The notes under the pieces were generated by a model. That model saw nothing but the letters and a program-made list of their open reading frames with translations, made no database searches and had not been told where the DNA came from. A stretch of DNA of 64,000 bases, from positions 45,570,001 through 45,634,000 of the forward strand of contig OX597827.1 of the NCBI GenBank assembly GCA_951406725.2, written 5' to 3'. This document shows, piece by piece, positions 42,723 through 56,893 of this stretch. The first letter of the stretch is position 1, and every line of letters begins with the position of its first letter. The stretch comes from Octopus vulgaris. Lineage: Eukaryota. Both the position numbers and the translations under genes were made by a program.

Positions 42723-43032
42723 TGTGTGCGTGTTCATTTTGGCAAAAAAAAACAATAATAATAATAATAATAATCCTTTTAACTATAGGCACATGGCTAG
42801 GATTTTATGGGGAGGGGGACAGTCGAATTGATCCACCCCAGTAATGCAACTGGTACTTAATTTATCGACCCCAAAAGGATGAAAGACAAAGTTCACTTCG
42901 GCGGAATTTGAACTCAGAACGTAGCGACGGGCGAAATACTGCTGAGCATTTAGCCCGGCGTAATAACAACAACAACAATAATAATAATAATAATAACAAC
43001 AGCAACAACAACAACAACAACAACAAAATTGA

Positions 43033-43106
<74 letters not shown>

Positions 43107-43228
43107 TTACTACTACTACTACTATTACTGATAATAATAATAATAATAATAATGATGATGATGATGATGATGATAATGATAATAATGATGATGATAATAA
43201 TAATAGTAATAATAATAATAATAATAAT

Positions 43229-43481
43229 GAAACAATTCCTATCATAGTAGGTGCATTAGGCATGATAAAAAAATATTCAGACAAATACATAACAAAAACA
43301 CCAGGACTTACAAACACATATAACATACAGAAAATTGCACTACTAGGCACTGCACACATCCTACGCAGAACACTTTCCATACAATAACCATCAGGGCATC
43401 ACAACAAATCACAGCACATACCCAAGGCACACAGAGCTGCGCTCGGTAGTGAAGTGAAAGCACGCTATAAAAATAAAACTA

Positions 43482-43484
<3 letters not shown>
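43229..43484 (+). mobile_element. Dong/R4 3' fragment in (TAA)n
   Basis: ETIPIIVGALGMIKKYSDKYITKTPGLTNTYNIQKIALLGTAHILRRTLSIQ* plus the same 3' UTR as 30347-30443. Confidence 0.85.
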
Positions 43485-43567
<83 letters not shown>

Positions 43568-43604
43568 TGATGATAATGATGATAATGATGATGAGGATGA
43601 TGCC

Positions 43605-43647
<43 letters not shown>

Positions 43648-43926
43648 TTGAAAAAAATGACGATCTCTAAATATAATAATATCTGTTTCAACACATGATT
43701 TCACACCAGGAATCCTGCAAAACAAATGCATAAACGTAAAAAAAAAAATAAATGAAAATAGATTCTTCATTAAATGTACCATCATTGTTGCAAGCATACG
43801 GCCACATAGAACTTTGTGTACAAGTGTGTATGTGTATGAGCCTGTGTCTATATGTTTGTGTATGCGTGTGTTGGTGTATGTGCTTTTGTGTATGTAGTGA
43901 GTACATATCTGTCTGTCTCCTTCATG

Positions 43927-43966
<40 letters not shown>

Positions 43967-44064
43967 CTCTCTCTGTCTTTCTCATCCTGTCTTTTACTTT
44001 CACCCCCACCCTGCAAATACGCTTTCTGCTCCTTTCTTTCTATGAGTTGTGCGTGTGTATGTGT

Positions 44065-44101
<37 letters not shown>

Positions 44102-44285
44102 GGGAGGATGAATGTGTGACTGTGCGTGCGTGAATATGTGTATGTGTGTGTGTGGAGGGAGGGAGATTTGTGTAATTGTGCATGTGTGAATGTGTGTGTT
44201 TGTGTGTCTGTGTGTGGAGAGATAATGTGCAACTGTGCATACATGAATGTGTGTGTGGTGGTGGTGGAGGTGATGGCGGGGATAA

Positions 44286-44610
44286 GGCGCGTGGCTTAGT
44301 GGTAAGAGTATTTCGGCCCACGATCGTGTGGTCGTGAATTCGATTCCCAGCTGCGCCTTTGTGCCCTTGAGCAAAAACACTTTATTTCATGTTGCTCCAG
44401 TCCACTCAGCTGGCAGAAATGAGTAGTACCTGTAATTCAAAACGGGCCAGCTTCGTCACATTCTGTGTCACACTGAATCTCCCTGAGAACTAAATAAACG
44501 GTGCACGTGCTTGTGGAGTGCTCAGTCACTTGAACGTTAATTTCACGCGCAGGTTGTTCCGTTGATCGGATCAACTGGAACCCGCGTCGTCGCAACCGAC
44601 GGAGTGCCAG
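44286..44610 (+). mobile_element. tRNA-derived SINE family C
   Basis: GGCGCGTGGCTTAGTGGTAAG (A box), GAATTCGATTCCC (B box) and a CCTTGAGCAA block. Related copies at 42228-42445(+) and ~5165-5307(-). Confidence 0.75.
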
Positions 44611-44818
44611 TATGTATGTGACACTCACCCCCCCCCCCCCACAGTTATTAAACTATTCATCTTCGAATTACAACCTACTCGTGTTCGTATACAACTTGCT
44701 ATGAACATACATACATACATACATACACACATGCATGCATACATACATACATACATACATACATACATACATACATACATGCATGCATGCATACATACAT
44801 ACATACATGCATGCATAC

Positions 44819-44849
<31 letters not shown>

Positions 44850-44909
44850 CATACATACATACATACATACATACATACATACATACATACATACATACAT
44901 ACATACATG

Positions 44910-44941
<32 letters not shown>

Positions 44942-44956
44942 CATACATACATACAG

Positions 44957-45552
44957 GATGATTGCCATTTCTTCACAGAAGAAGGCCATCTTTCCAATTA
45001 ATAAATACTGTCATGAGATCTTATATGACCAGCAAGCCCTGCTCTTGGCAGACAAACTCTACTGCAGATCTTACAAATACTTTTAAGCAGAAAAGGGTCT
45101 GGGATTGTAGTTAAGTCCTGTCTACGAAGTGCTTGTTTCAAGATGGATTGTTCAATTCTTCGACCTTCAAATGCTTTACATCTATTGTAGATCATTTGTT
45201 TCCAAACCTATCGATCTTGCCTCATCTGCTCCCAGTCTTCAACTTAAGGTTGACAGCATCCTTAAAACGTTTCTTAGGTTTATGCCTCAGACGTTTGCCA
45301 CACTGCAACTCCCCATAAAACAACTGCTTTGGCAGCCTGTCATCATGCATCCTAGCAAGGTGCCAAACCCAACGCATCTGATTGCGTATGAGGACTATTT
45401 CAATACTGGATGTGTTAACTTGCTGAAGAATAACGGTGCCTGGTGTTAAAGACTTCCATTTGATGTCTAGTATCCTCCTTAGGCAAGTTTGATGGAATCT
45501 TTCTAAAGCCTTGATGTGGCGTCAATATGTTGTCCAGTTCTCGGAAGAGACA
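44957..45552 (-). mobile_element. RTE LINE 3' fragment within (CATA)n
   Basis: Minus-strand RCKAFEGRRIEQSILKQALR..CKICSRVCLPRAGLAGHIRSH (RTE C-terminal zinc finger). Confidence 0.75.
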
Positions 45553-46882
45553 TATGTACATACATACATACATACATACATACATTAGGCTTCTCAAAAT
45601 CAGAAAGCTGATTCGAAAACTGTAGATCCAATCCATCACTGGAACTGTAAAAATCTGTAAAACTTTCCAGACGTTTATTAATTAAATATATACGAGCGTG
45701 TCTAGTTATGCAACTATATGCATGAGAATACATACATAAAACAAAACATACATATCTGTACATATACATACATACATACATACATACATACATACATACA
45801 TACATACATACATACAAAAATAGCCGTTGTTGAAGTAGAAATTCCAGTGAAGGAGCCTTGGATCAAGGTTAGAAACCGGCTCTTTCTCTACTGGCAAGAA
45901 ATCTTGAAATAAAACTGAACAATGACCAACATACATACATACGTACGTGTGTGTGTGTGTGTGTGTGTACGTATATCCTCGTATGTGTGTTTCGTTCTCA
46001 TACATGTGAGTCTACTTGAATTTCCCTTGACCTGCCAGACTACTTCACCGGGTAGATATAATAAGTGCTATTTGTCATCTGTTATCATTTGAATATTTAC
46101 ACATCCTATAACTGCTGCAGCTTGGTGATTTTGGTAAAATTCCAAGCCTATGTTACTCACATTTATCCCTATTTATAGCTTCCAAGCACAATGCAAGTGT
46201 CGGTGAAGGAAGAAAGTGTAAACACAAATCCGTAGAGATGCAGAAAAAGTTTAAAGTGTTAAAACTAACCAAAAGTGTTTCGGTGTAAAAGCTGCTTCAT
46301 CAGTTGTGACTTGTACAAAAGAAAAAAATAGAAAGATCATTTTGCAGCTCCATACAAAAATTGCAAAAATTACAAACATAAGAGGGAAATAAATACTGAA
46401 AAGAAAAAAATGACTATAGAAGCTGGGAAAAGTACTGTGATTCATCGAATGTTGGTTGAATGGCTACAATAATGTTTGAATAATGGCGTAAATTTATGGG
46501 GCAGTATGTTAATGGAAGCGGTTTAGTTGTTATGTAAAGATGATATATTCGAAGAGAAGTCAAAGGTTGGAGACTCAAGAGGGAGTCAATATCTGCTCAA
46601 AATTACACAGGCACCTAAAACATTCAGAGAAAGCGTGGAACAAAACGAACAGGTGACGGACAAACCAACGACAAAATCATGTATATAAGTATGTAGGTGC
46701 ATACGTGTGTGATGCCGGCGCTACCAGAGAGGATCAATATGATCCTTGAAGGCGCGAAATTGTGTTTCATCCTCAGACTGATATATGATGAGAATTTGTC
46801 GACCTTCTGTGTCTGTCTTCTTTTTGCGCATTTTTAACTTATTCTGCTCTTATTCATTTTTTTAGTTTGTTATATATAGTTT

Positions 46883-46938
46883 GTGCCTGATGATATATAT
46901 TTGAGATGTTTCTCATCATATGAAACTATTAGTAGCAC
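46883..46938 (+). ncRNA. Minimal hammerhead ribozyme-like motif
   Basis: GTGC-CTGATGA-T-ATAT..TGAGA/TCTCA..ATAT-GAAA-CTATTAG-TA-GCAC. Confidence 0.6.
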
Positions 46939-46972
46939 TTAAAGACATGTATTGTGTCCTTTAAATAAATTA

Positions 46973-47143
<171 letters not shown>

Positions 47144-47193
47144 GAATATGTATATATGAATATGTATATATATTGTGTCCTTTAAATAAATTA

Positions 47194-47236
<43 letters not shown>

Positions 47237-47253
47237 ATATATATATATATATA

Positions 47254-48176
47254 TTGGGTCATCCCATAAATAATGCGTTTTATTATACTTTCTTTCAAAA
47301 TTAAGATAAACTAAGTTCTTTTTTAATCTAAAATATACACTCCTTCATTTTTCTGCAATGCTCTTCCCTGTATCTGATAGACTTGCAAGGCCCCTCTTCC
47401 AAAATTCACTTGCCCGTGACGAAAAATATTTCTCCAGTACTGTTTTGACCTCATCTACAGAATTCATATATGTTTCGTCCAAATGATCTTGAACACCACG
47501 GAATAAATGATAGTCAGATGTTGCAATGTCCGGCGAATGTGGTGGGTAGGGCATAATTTCCCATTGAAACTACCCCAGCCATTGGAATGTCATTCTCGTT
47601 ATATGTAGCCGAACATTATCCTAATGGAAGAACACCATTCATCTTGAAACCAAAGATGGTCGTTTTTCTTCTAAGGCTGATTTGAATGACTGGTTGAATG
47701 CCCAAATCCAATCTTCTCTGCTAGTTTCTCAACAGTTACAATGGGATATTGTTCCACCAGGATTTGCAGAACATCCTCATCGAGCTCTACAGATCATCCA
47801 GGACGAGGTACACCTTCAAAGCTGTAATTTGCGGCTCGGAATTTCTAGAACCACCGTTAACACTGACTTACGTTTATTGTCCGATCCCCCCTATACTGCA
47901 TTAATATTCCTCGCATTTTCCGCTGCGTTGTTGCCTTTATTGAACTCATAAAACAAAATATGCCGAATATGCTCCTTTGTTCCTTCCATTATAGCTTTGA
48001 AAAAAAAAAATAACTGTCAAAATCGAACTGCACTCTTCAAAATTTGCACTAAGAATAAGTTGAAGGTAAAATTATTACCTATCTTTATAGCAAGTTGATG
48101 CAAGTAGTTTATCCGGTCCCCCTCCACTTTTAGTTCATGCAGTTGAAAACATCGCATTATTTATGGGATGACCCAA
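47254..48176 (-). mobile_element. Internally deleted mariner transposon
   Basis: TIRs TTGGGTCATCCCATAAATAATGCG / CGCATTATTTATGGGATGACCCAA with TA TSD. Minus-strand HIRHILFYEFNKGNNAAE and PPHSPDIATSDYHLF (YSPDLAPSD motif). Confidence 0.92.
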
Positions 48177-48179
48177 TAA

Positions 48180-48265
<86 letters not shown>

Positions 48266-48746
48266 ATATATATATATACATTCATACATACATATATATA
48301 CATACACACACACATATATATAACAGATAGGTAGGTACAAAGGTAATACGTACAGACAAGCACACACACATACACACAAGCATATACAAAGAAAACTGAA
48401 ACACATCCTGTCCCCACTCCGTCTTTCAGTTCATGTAATTGAAAAAAACCCCGCATTATTTATGGGATTGTGTGAGTCTGTAAACAGAGATAGCGGTTAT
48501 AATAACCAACTAAGGGATAAAATATCCATATGTACTATCGGTACATATGGATATTTGTATAACCGTTACCCGTGTTATCACCGGGCATTGGTGTGCAGGC
48601 ACACTATGCACGAAGAGAACAGGTAACAACAGAATAAACAAGAGTTTATCAAGAAACAAATACAAATAATCAAAAATGGAGAAAACCTCAGATTAACAAA
48701 CACATCGATTGGACCACGTTTGTAGCTTATTTTTTTAAATAAACTT

Positions 48747-48848
48747 TAGGTGTTAAACAATAAACATTCACAACGCCCGGTCTGGGAATCGAAACCGTGA
48801 TCCTACGATCGCGAGTCCGCAGCCCTAACCATTGGGCCATTGCGCCTC
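48747..48848 (-). mobile_element. tRNA-like SINE head (truncated)
   Basis: GGCGCAATGGCCCAATGGTTAGGGC...GGTTTCGATTCCC has A and B boxes but no proper acceptor stem. Confidence 0.6.
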
Positions 48849-49147
48849 CACACACACACACATACACACACACACACACACATACACACACACCACACAC
48901 ACATATATATATATATATATATTGTTTGTTTGTTTTTGTCTCGTTTCTGTTTTCTTCGTTCGTTTCTTTGTTTTTGTCTTTATGTTTTCGTTTCTTATTG
49001 TGTTCAACGTTTTTTTTTTATGTCCTGTACCCATATATGCATGTATATATGCATATATATGTTTGTATGTAGATATATATATGTATATAAGCATATGTTT
49101 ATATATTATTTATATTATACATATATATATTTACACATACATTCTAG

Positions 49148-49198
49148 CAAAAACTGTCTGATGAACGGCAACGAGAAACTCAGAGTAACAGATTTTGT
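49148..49198 (+). ncRNA. Minimal hammerhead ribozyme-like motif (weak stem II)
   Basis: GCAAAAACTGT-CTGATGA-ACGGCAACGA-GAAA-CTCAGAG-TA-ACAGATTTTGT. Confidence 0.5.
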
Positions 49199-49297
49199 TG
49201 ATTCTGCTGCTTAAAATAAAGCATATTACTCTACCACTGGTATTTGAGTACTCTTTTTTCCACCTTGTTTCACATTTATGTGTTTACTCCGGTATAC

Positions 49298-49378
<81 letters not shown>

Positions 49379-49445
49379 CATATATATATATATATACATA
49401 CATACATACATTCATACATACATTCATACATACATTCATACATGC

Positions 49446-49490
<45 letters not shown>

Positions 49491-50047
49491 AACTGGAAGA
49501 TAAGAAAGTGAAATCAAATTACAGTGGAGGGTCATTATCTTGAAGGTTTATGAAGCGTCATGGAATTTCCATTGCGTGAACCGCGTGGCGAATAAAGAAA
49601 GATAAGCTGTGAAGGCTTGTAGACAAAAAAATATTTAATATATTAGCACGCATTCCACAGAGGTTACTCTGAATTATTATCATGTCACCTCTCTTCGTCG
49701 GACTGCAGTGTACATACAAAGCTTCACTAGCGATAAAAATCATAATTATATATATATTTCGTACATATATATAAGATTATATGTAAGTCTTCCATGTAAT
49801 TTTGGCAAATGCACCACTGGCATTGTCGGTTGCGTATACTTGTGTAAAATTACACATTTGATGTTTGTACACACGCACACACACGTGCACACACACGCGC
49901 TCACACACACACACACGCGCACACAGAGGATTAAAAAAATCACACAAGAATCAAGCAGTAAAAGACAGAGACTGGTGAGGGAGCAACAAAAGAGGCGCAT
50001 AAGTTTGATGCTCAAGGAAAACGGAAGAAGGCGTTTTTAACGTTTCG

Positions 50048-50096
<49 letters not shown>

Positions 50097-50280
50097 TGTA
50101 TGTATGTATGTATTATTTTCTTTATTTTCTCTCCTTGTTTCTTTCTGTGTTCCTTTCTGTGGAAGAGCGTAGGCTCGAAACATTAAAGACTATTTCACTT
50201 CCCGAGCGTTAAACTAATACATCTGTTTGTTGTCTACACCGCCTGTCTTCGTCAGTTTTTTTTGTGAATTCCCCCCCCCC

Positions 50281-50317
<37 letters not shown>

Positions 50318-50382
50318 TAAAACGGTAAGATAACAAAAGAAAGAAAGAGACCTCAATATTATGTAAATAGAGGAAATTTATC

Positions 50383-50611
50383 TATAAAATAATATGTTAC
50401 ATTACTCGATAGTAAAGATAAAACTCTGAGTTTCAGATGCCGAAGTGGGAATCCACAACGCCATCTCTTCGGTTATCTGGCTATTTATCTGGTTATCTGG
50501 CTAGTTATCTGGCTATAAATAGCCAGATAACCGAAGAGATGGCGTTGTGGATTCCCACTTCGGCATCTGAAACTCAGAGTTTTATCTTGACTATCGAATA
50601 ATGTAACATAT

Positions 50612-50620
<9 letters not shown>
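50383..50620. repeat. 106-bp-arm inverted repeat carrying hammerhead-like motifs
   Basis: 50383-50488 vs 50515-50620, two mismatches, 26-nt spacer. Confidence 0.9.
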
Positions 50621-50668
<48 letters not shown>

Positions 50669-50889
50669 TACATGTTCTTTTACTCTTTTACTTGTTTCAG
50701 TCTTTTGACTGCGGCCATGCTGGAGCACCGCCTTTAGTCGAGCAAATCGACCCCAGGACTTATTCTTCTTTCTAAGCCCAGTACTTATTCTATCGTTCTA
50801 TTTTGCCGAACCGCTATGTTTCGGCGATGTAAACACACCAGCATCGGTTGTTAAGCGATGTTGAGGGGACAAACACAGACACTCAGATG

Positions 50890-50935
<46 letters not shown>

Positions 50936-51538
50936 TACATATATACGACGGGCTTCTTTCAGTTTCCTATTTCTTTACTGCCCACAAGTGCCTACACGCA
51001 GAGGGGACAAACGGATTAAGTTGATTATATCGACTCCAGTGCGTAACTGGTACTTATTTAATCGACCCCGAAAGGATGAAAGGCAAAGTAGACCTCGGCG
51101 GAATTTGAACTCAGAACGTAGCGGCAGTAGAAATCCCTCTAACCATTTCGCCCGGCGTGCTAACTTCTCTGCCTGCTCGCTGGCTTCTTTCAGTTTCCGT
51201 CTACCAAATCCACTCGCAAGGCTGTGGTCAGCCCGAGGCTACAGTAGAAGACACTTGCTCAAGGTGCCACACAATGGTACTGAACCCGGAATCATGTGGT
51301 TGGTAAGCAAGCTACTTACCACACCGCCGCTCCTGCACCTGTGTATGTTTGCATATGCATGTAAATATCAGCGCGTGTGTGCGCCTAAGTTCGTAATTTA
51401 TTTGATCCGTTTATTTATGCGACTAGCATGCTATCATCTATTTATATGGCTACCGCTCAGTGTGTGTTTGTGCGTTGGTTCATGCAAAAATATGGAATAA
51501 CAGACAGAAATAGGGAGGAGGGGGTCGTATTGTGTGAT

Positions 51539-51592
51539 AATACCTGTTGATGCAAGCAACATGTAATGGAATGTGTATCTGGTGTCGCTGCA
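51539..51592. other. Conserved non-coding element, copy 11 (old/diverged, - orientation)
   Basis: AATACCTGTTGATGCAAGCAACATGTAATGGAATGTGTATCTGGTGTCGCTGCA. Confidence 0.7.
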
Positions 51593-51783
51593 GTAGACTG
51601 GATCGATAAGAATCGGGGCTGGTTGTTAGATGGGAGCTATATCAATCAGATAGTGGGGGGGGGGGGGGTGTTTTGGATTATGTATAAACATAGAGAGAGG
51701 GGAAGGACTGAATCTGCAGTATATATTCGAGGACTGGTGCTGTCTTAATGTTTGTTTCTCTGTGTCCTCTTTCTCTCTCCTTC

Positions 51784-51817
<34 letters not shown>

Positions 51818-52204
51818 ACTCTCTCCCCCCCTCTCTCTCTGCATGTTTGACAAGGTTTGCTTGTAGCTGCTGTTATTTAACCCCCGGAAAGTCTGTTCTC
51901 ACCGAACACATCTACAAACCGCAACGATCCCGTGGTCACGTTATCACGTAACATCATCTAACACGTCTCTTTCTAAAAACGGCGGACGATGAAATTTAAG
52001 GGAGGATCGCACACTATTTCTAGCGAATCAAGAACCCACACAGAGCCTCATCACTGGCTCGGTGGGAAATACTGATGGCAACGGTGGTGCTGGTGATGAT
52101 GATGGTGGTGGAGGGAGCGAAAGATGGTGGATATAACGACGTGGGCGTTGATAGTGATGGTGCTGGTAGTGGTGGCGGTGTTAGTGATGCCGTTACAACT
52201 AGTA

Positions 52205-52241
<37 letters not shown>

Positions 52242-52354
52242 GAACTAGTAGTAGTAGTTGTAGTAGTTGTAGAAGAAGAAAAAGAAATAGTAGTAGTGGC
52301 AGCAGCATTAGACGTAATTTTGTAGTAGGAGTAGTAGTAGTAGTATTTATTGCT

Positions 52355-52387
<33 letters not shown>

Positions 52388-53490
52388 TTAGTAGTAATAT
52401 TTGTAGTAGTAGTAGTAGCAGCAGTAGTAGTAGTAGTATTAGCAGTAGCAGCAGCAACAGTAGTAGTAGTAGTAGTAGTAGTAGTAGCAGTAGTAGTAGT
52501 AGTAGTAGCAGCAGCAGCAACAGCGGCAGTAGTAGTAGTAGTAGTAGTAGTAGTAGCAGTAAAAGTGATATAGATGTGGTGGTGGTGGTGGTGGTGGTGG
52601 TGGTGCTAGTGGTGTTAGTGGTACTGGTTGTAAAAGTCTCGGAAGCAGGGTAATAGTGGTGATGGTAGCAGTGATGGGGGTGGGGAATGCTGTGGAATTC
52701 CCTATTCTCACTTCACCCAACCCCCCATTACACATATAATCACCATCATCACTCAATCCACCTGTCCCCCTACCCACCCCCGCCACCTGCGTTTCCACCA
52801 TCATCTCCCTCAGTTCTCTCCCATTTCTCCTTCTCTTTCTCCTTCTCCCTCTCCTCTCCTTACTCTCCTTACAATAAGGCTCCTGTCTTATGAACTGTTG
52901 TCAAGAACTCTTCCTTCCGCTTCTCTTTCAATGTTGGTGACGAGGAGGAGGAGGAGGAGGAGGAGGCGATTGAAACGGAAATTATAGAGAAAGAGCAGAA
53001 CGAGTCACTAGAAATATTGACTAGACGTGTGGGCGTTTTGATGAGAATGGTGGTGGCTGTGGTGGTGGTGGTAGTGGTGGTGGTGGTGGTGGTATTGGCG
53101 ACGATGGTGGTACAGATGATGGTTAAATTAATGGCGAAGAATGATGATTTAGGGGGTGGGGGATAATATAATATTTGTTAAGCAGAACATCAAGGGCGGA
53201 GAGAGTGGGAGGTTCTTAATTGTACTGTACTTTATTTCCCCCCCCTCCTTTTGGTATCGTTGAAAACAATGTTTATGTAATAAACATCTCTGTTTACGTT
53301 TGAAAGGTTATTTATGAGCCAGAAGCTACTCTAATTAAAAGACTCAAGACCAGAGTTAGAAGCTGAAAATAATTTTGTGAATTATGTTAATTTAAAAAAG
53401 ATTCGTTACAGGTGGCCATCTGTTTCGTTCTGTACGAGCTTTTTACACGGTTGAAAGCTTTTGGTATCAGTAATACTGCTAGAGGCAGTG

Positions 53491-53522
<32 letters not shown>

Positions 53523-53991
53523 TGTATGTATGTATGTATGTATGTATGTATGTATGTATGTATGTATGTATGTATGTATCTATGTATGTATGTATGTGTG
53601 CATATAGAGGGACAGGGAGAAAGAGATAGATAGATAGATAGATAATTTCTTTATGGGCCACACAGGGCTAAACACAGAGGGGACAATTACAATGTAGGGT
53701 TTTTCTTTTCGAGGTGGGGGGGAGGCAAAAAAATAAGGACAACGATCAAAATGGATCGAAATCTTTGGGAATATATGCAAAAAATGTCGAAATAGTACAA
53801 AAAGTTCCCAAGAAATGGGGAGGTTTATCTGTGGAAAGAAAAACCTATGAAAAGACCACAGTAACCTCGGGCAATTACGTCACATATTAACATTTATTTA
53901 CAAATAAGTAACTCTCAGTATTAAATTTTTTTACGGTTCATAGGATCATGCTCACGGTGGCTTCGCCATTCATTCGTGCCATCCTTGCTAC

Positions 53992-54072
<81 letters not shown>

Positions 54073-54073
54073 T

Positions 54074-54160
<87 letters not shown>

Positions 54161-54794
54161 TAGGGAGGCAGATAGGTAGACAGACGAACAAAAAGGTTGG
54201 TGACCAGAATGGATGGACTTTGGACGAAATGAAAAACAGAACACTTAGCTGATTTAGATTGCTAAATAGTAATTTTATTTTTACTGAAACACGTGGAGGA
54301 TGAAGCAGTTAAGTAATTTATCAACTCAACTGTCCCGTTCTACTTCCGTATGTATGTCATGCAATTTAAATCCTACTCTGTGCCCTCAGGCATATGGCGA
54401 TATGGCGTAGTGGTTAAGAGCGCGGGCTACTTACCCCCAAGATTCCGATATATATATATATAGGCGGGGGGAGAATTCACAAAAAAAAAATAGAGGACGA
54501 CAGGTGGTGTAGACAACAACCAGATGTATTAGTTTAACGCTCGGGAAGTGAAAAGTCTTTAACGTTTCGAGCTTACGCTCGTCGATAGAAACTAGCACAA
54601 AAAGAAACAAGGAGAGAAAATAAAGTATGTGTAGTGGCTGGACGGTCATTTTTTTTCTTTCTTGCCAAATGAACACACGCACTGTTTGGCAAAAAAAAAA
54701 GAAAAAGAATAACTGTCCCGAAATATAACAATATCTGTTTCAATACAGGATATCACATCAGAAATCTTGCAAAACAAATACGTAAACGCATACA

Positions 54795-54858
<64 letters not shown>

Positions 54859-55156
54859 AACACATGCACACACACAGACACATATATACATACATGCAGA
54901 GACAGAAAGACAGAGAGTCAGTGAGAGAGAGACAGTCAGTGTGAGACAGACAATCAGTAAAAGACAGAGAGAGGCATATTCATTCATACATGCATAAATA
55001 CAGCACCCCCCACCACTAAAGCATCTTTACATTAATTCCGATCAACAATCCACTACCACCACCAACACCGCCATAATCCCAGCCCACCCCCCACTGAATA
55101 ATCTTCCTCATTCCTCTACCAAGCATCCTTGAATATCATCCATTCACATTTTACAC

Positions 55157-55210
55157 TGCAGCGACACCAGTGAGACATTCCAATACTTGTTGCTTGCATC
55201 AACAAGTATT
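55157..55210. other. Conserved non-coding element, copy 12 (old/diverged, + orientation)
   Basis: TGCAGCGACACCAGTGAGACATTCCAATACTTGTTGCTTGCATCAACAAGTATT; perfect 11-bp stem AATACTTGTTG/CAACAAGTATT. Confidence 0.7.
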
Positions 55211-55723
55211 TATTTAATCCTCCTGCACATCATGTCTGCCGTTAGATGAAATGAAACATATAAAAATTGCTTTTTATCTTCTTTTTTATCGTTTATATTT
55301 TTTTCAGTCATTGGACTGCGGCCATGCTGAAGCACCGACATCAAGGATTTTTAGTCGAACGAATCGACGACTCCCCAACTCGTGCAGTATTTAATTTTTT
55401 TTTTTTTTCTTTTTTAAGCCTGTTACTTTTATTCTATCATATCAGTCTGTTTTGTTGAATCGTTAAGGCACGGGGCGGGGTGGGCTAATGCAGTTTCGCA
55501 CCTTTGAAAAATGCATTTTTTTAAAAAGTTTTCTTCAAAGTTGGAGATTACGAATATGAAAAAAAAAAATTAAGCCCCCCCCCCCTACTCACCCCTCCCA
55601 TTTAAAGTTTTGAACTTTTCCGAAATTTTTTCCCCCTATGTTTTAGATGACGGAGAATCTGGATATGCAAGGTACTAAGTTTTGAAAATTTATTTCAATA
55701 AGCATATAGATAGGTATATAAGG

Positions 55724-55797
<74 letters not shown>

Positions 55798-55945
55798 CAA
55801 ATGGTGGTCTTCCTGGGCTAAAAACAATAGTAACACCGTCTTCTATAGGACCGCCACATTCAGTTGGCAAATATATTTTATGAATAAACGGATAAATAGA
55901 TAGACAGACAAATAAATAAAAAAATCGCCAACGATACACACGCGG

Positions 55946-55992
<47 letters not shown>

Positions 55993-56857
55993 TGTAGTTG
56001 TGTGAGTGTCTGTCCCCTTCGATTTAGATTCCTAACTACTCCCACATTTTGCGGTGCAGTTTAACCAAATTCGGGTATCTTATAGTCGTGATTCATATCG
56101 AGCCCGTCTGGGTATTAGCGCGCGTCTACGATGAGTCTACGATTTAAAAAATAATTTAACATCATTTTTTTCCATTTTAACGCATATTTTTTTAATTGGC
56201 GGCGGAGTTGGCGTCCATGCTCACACCTGCACCTGTGTTGCTTCTCCCTCTTCTTCCCTCCCTCGTGAAGCTGTGGGGAAGGGAGTGTAAGGAAACCAAC
56301 GTCGTAAAGCGTTGTCAAGGAGACCAGCGTTCTTTTAGAACAACGACTTCATGGCTTGAAGTCGCCAAAACAGAAATCGCTAAAAAAGCTGAAACAGATC
56401 CACAAAAACGGCAAAAACCGCCACACAGGGCAGGTTTCCTAATGTTTTAGTTGTTGCACAAATCTTTATATATAAAAGTGAAGTTGTGTGTCTGTCTCCT
56501 ACGATTTAGATTCCTAACTACTCCCACATTTTGCGGTGCAGTTTAACCAAAACCGGGTATCTTATAGTCGTGATTCATATCGAGCCCTTCTGGGTATTAG
56601 CGCGCGTCTACGATGAGTCTACGATTTAAAAAAAATTTACCATAATTTTTTCCATTTTAATGCATTTTTTCGCTATTATGTAAGGGAAGTAACTCTCTAA
56701 GAATGTCTACGATGAGTTAACGATTAAAAAAAATAATTACCATCATTTTTTATTCCATTTTTAATGCTTTTTTTGCTATTTTTTTGCTATAACACACTAA
56801 AAATGCTTATATAGTTATTTCCCTTACAAACCCGAGCAACGCCGGGTGATACTGCTC

Positions 56858-56858
<1 letters not shown>
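55946..56858 (+). mobile_element. Composite non-autonomous Helitron with a duplicated 5' segment (second start at 56463)
   Basis: ~190 bp after TATATAAAA are repeated at ~55985 and ~56470. 3' end CCCGAGCAACGCCGGG...CTCG (degenerate CTAG). The first start is uncertain within the TA tract. Confidence 0.65.

Positions 56859-56893
<35 letters not shown>

Noticed and set aside
46270-46312. Hammerhead-like CTGATGA...GAAA on the minus strand
   Set aside because: Stems II and III do not pair; too degenerate to call.
48770-48848. tRNA gene
   Set aside because: A/B boxes are present but the acceptor and anticodon stems are broken; this is a SINE head.
55157-55230. Spliced-leader RNA or C/D or H/ACA snoRNA interpretation of the conserved element
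   Set aside because: No conserved Sm site or intron after the GT, and young copies have GC. CTGA varies to CTGG, there is no RTGATGA, and there is no second hairpin or H box.
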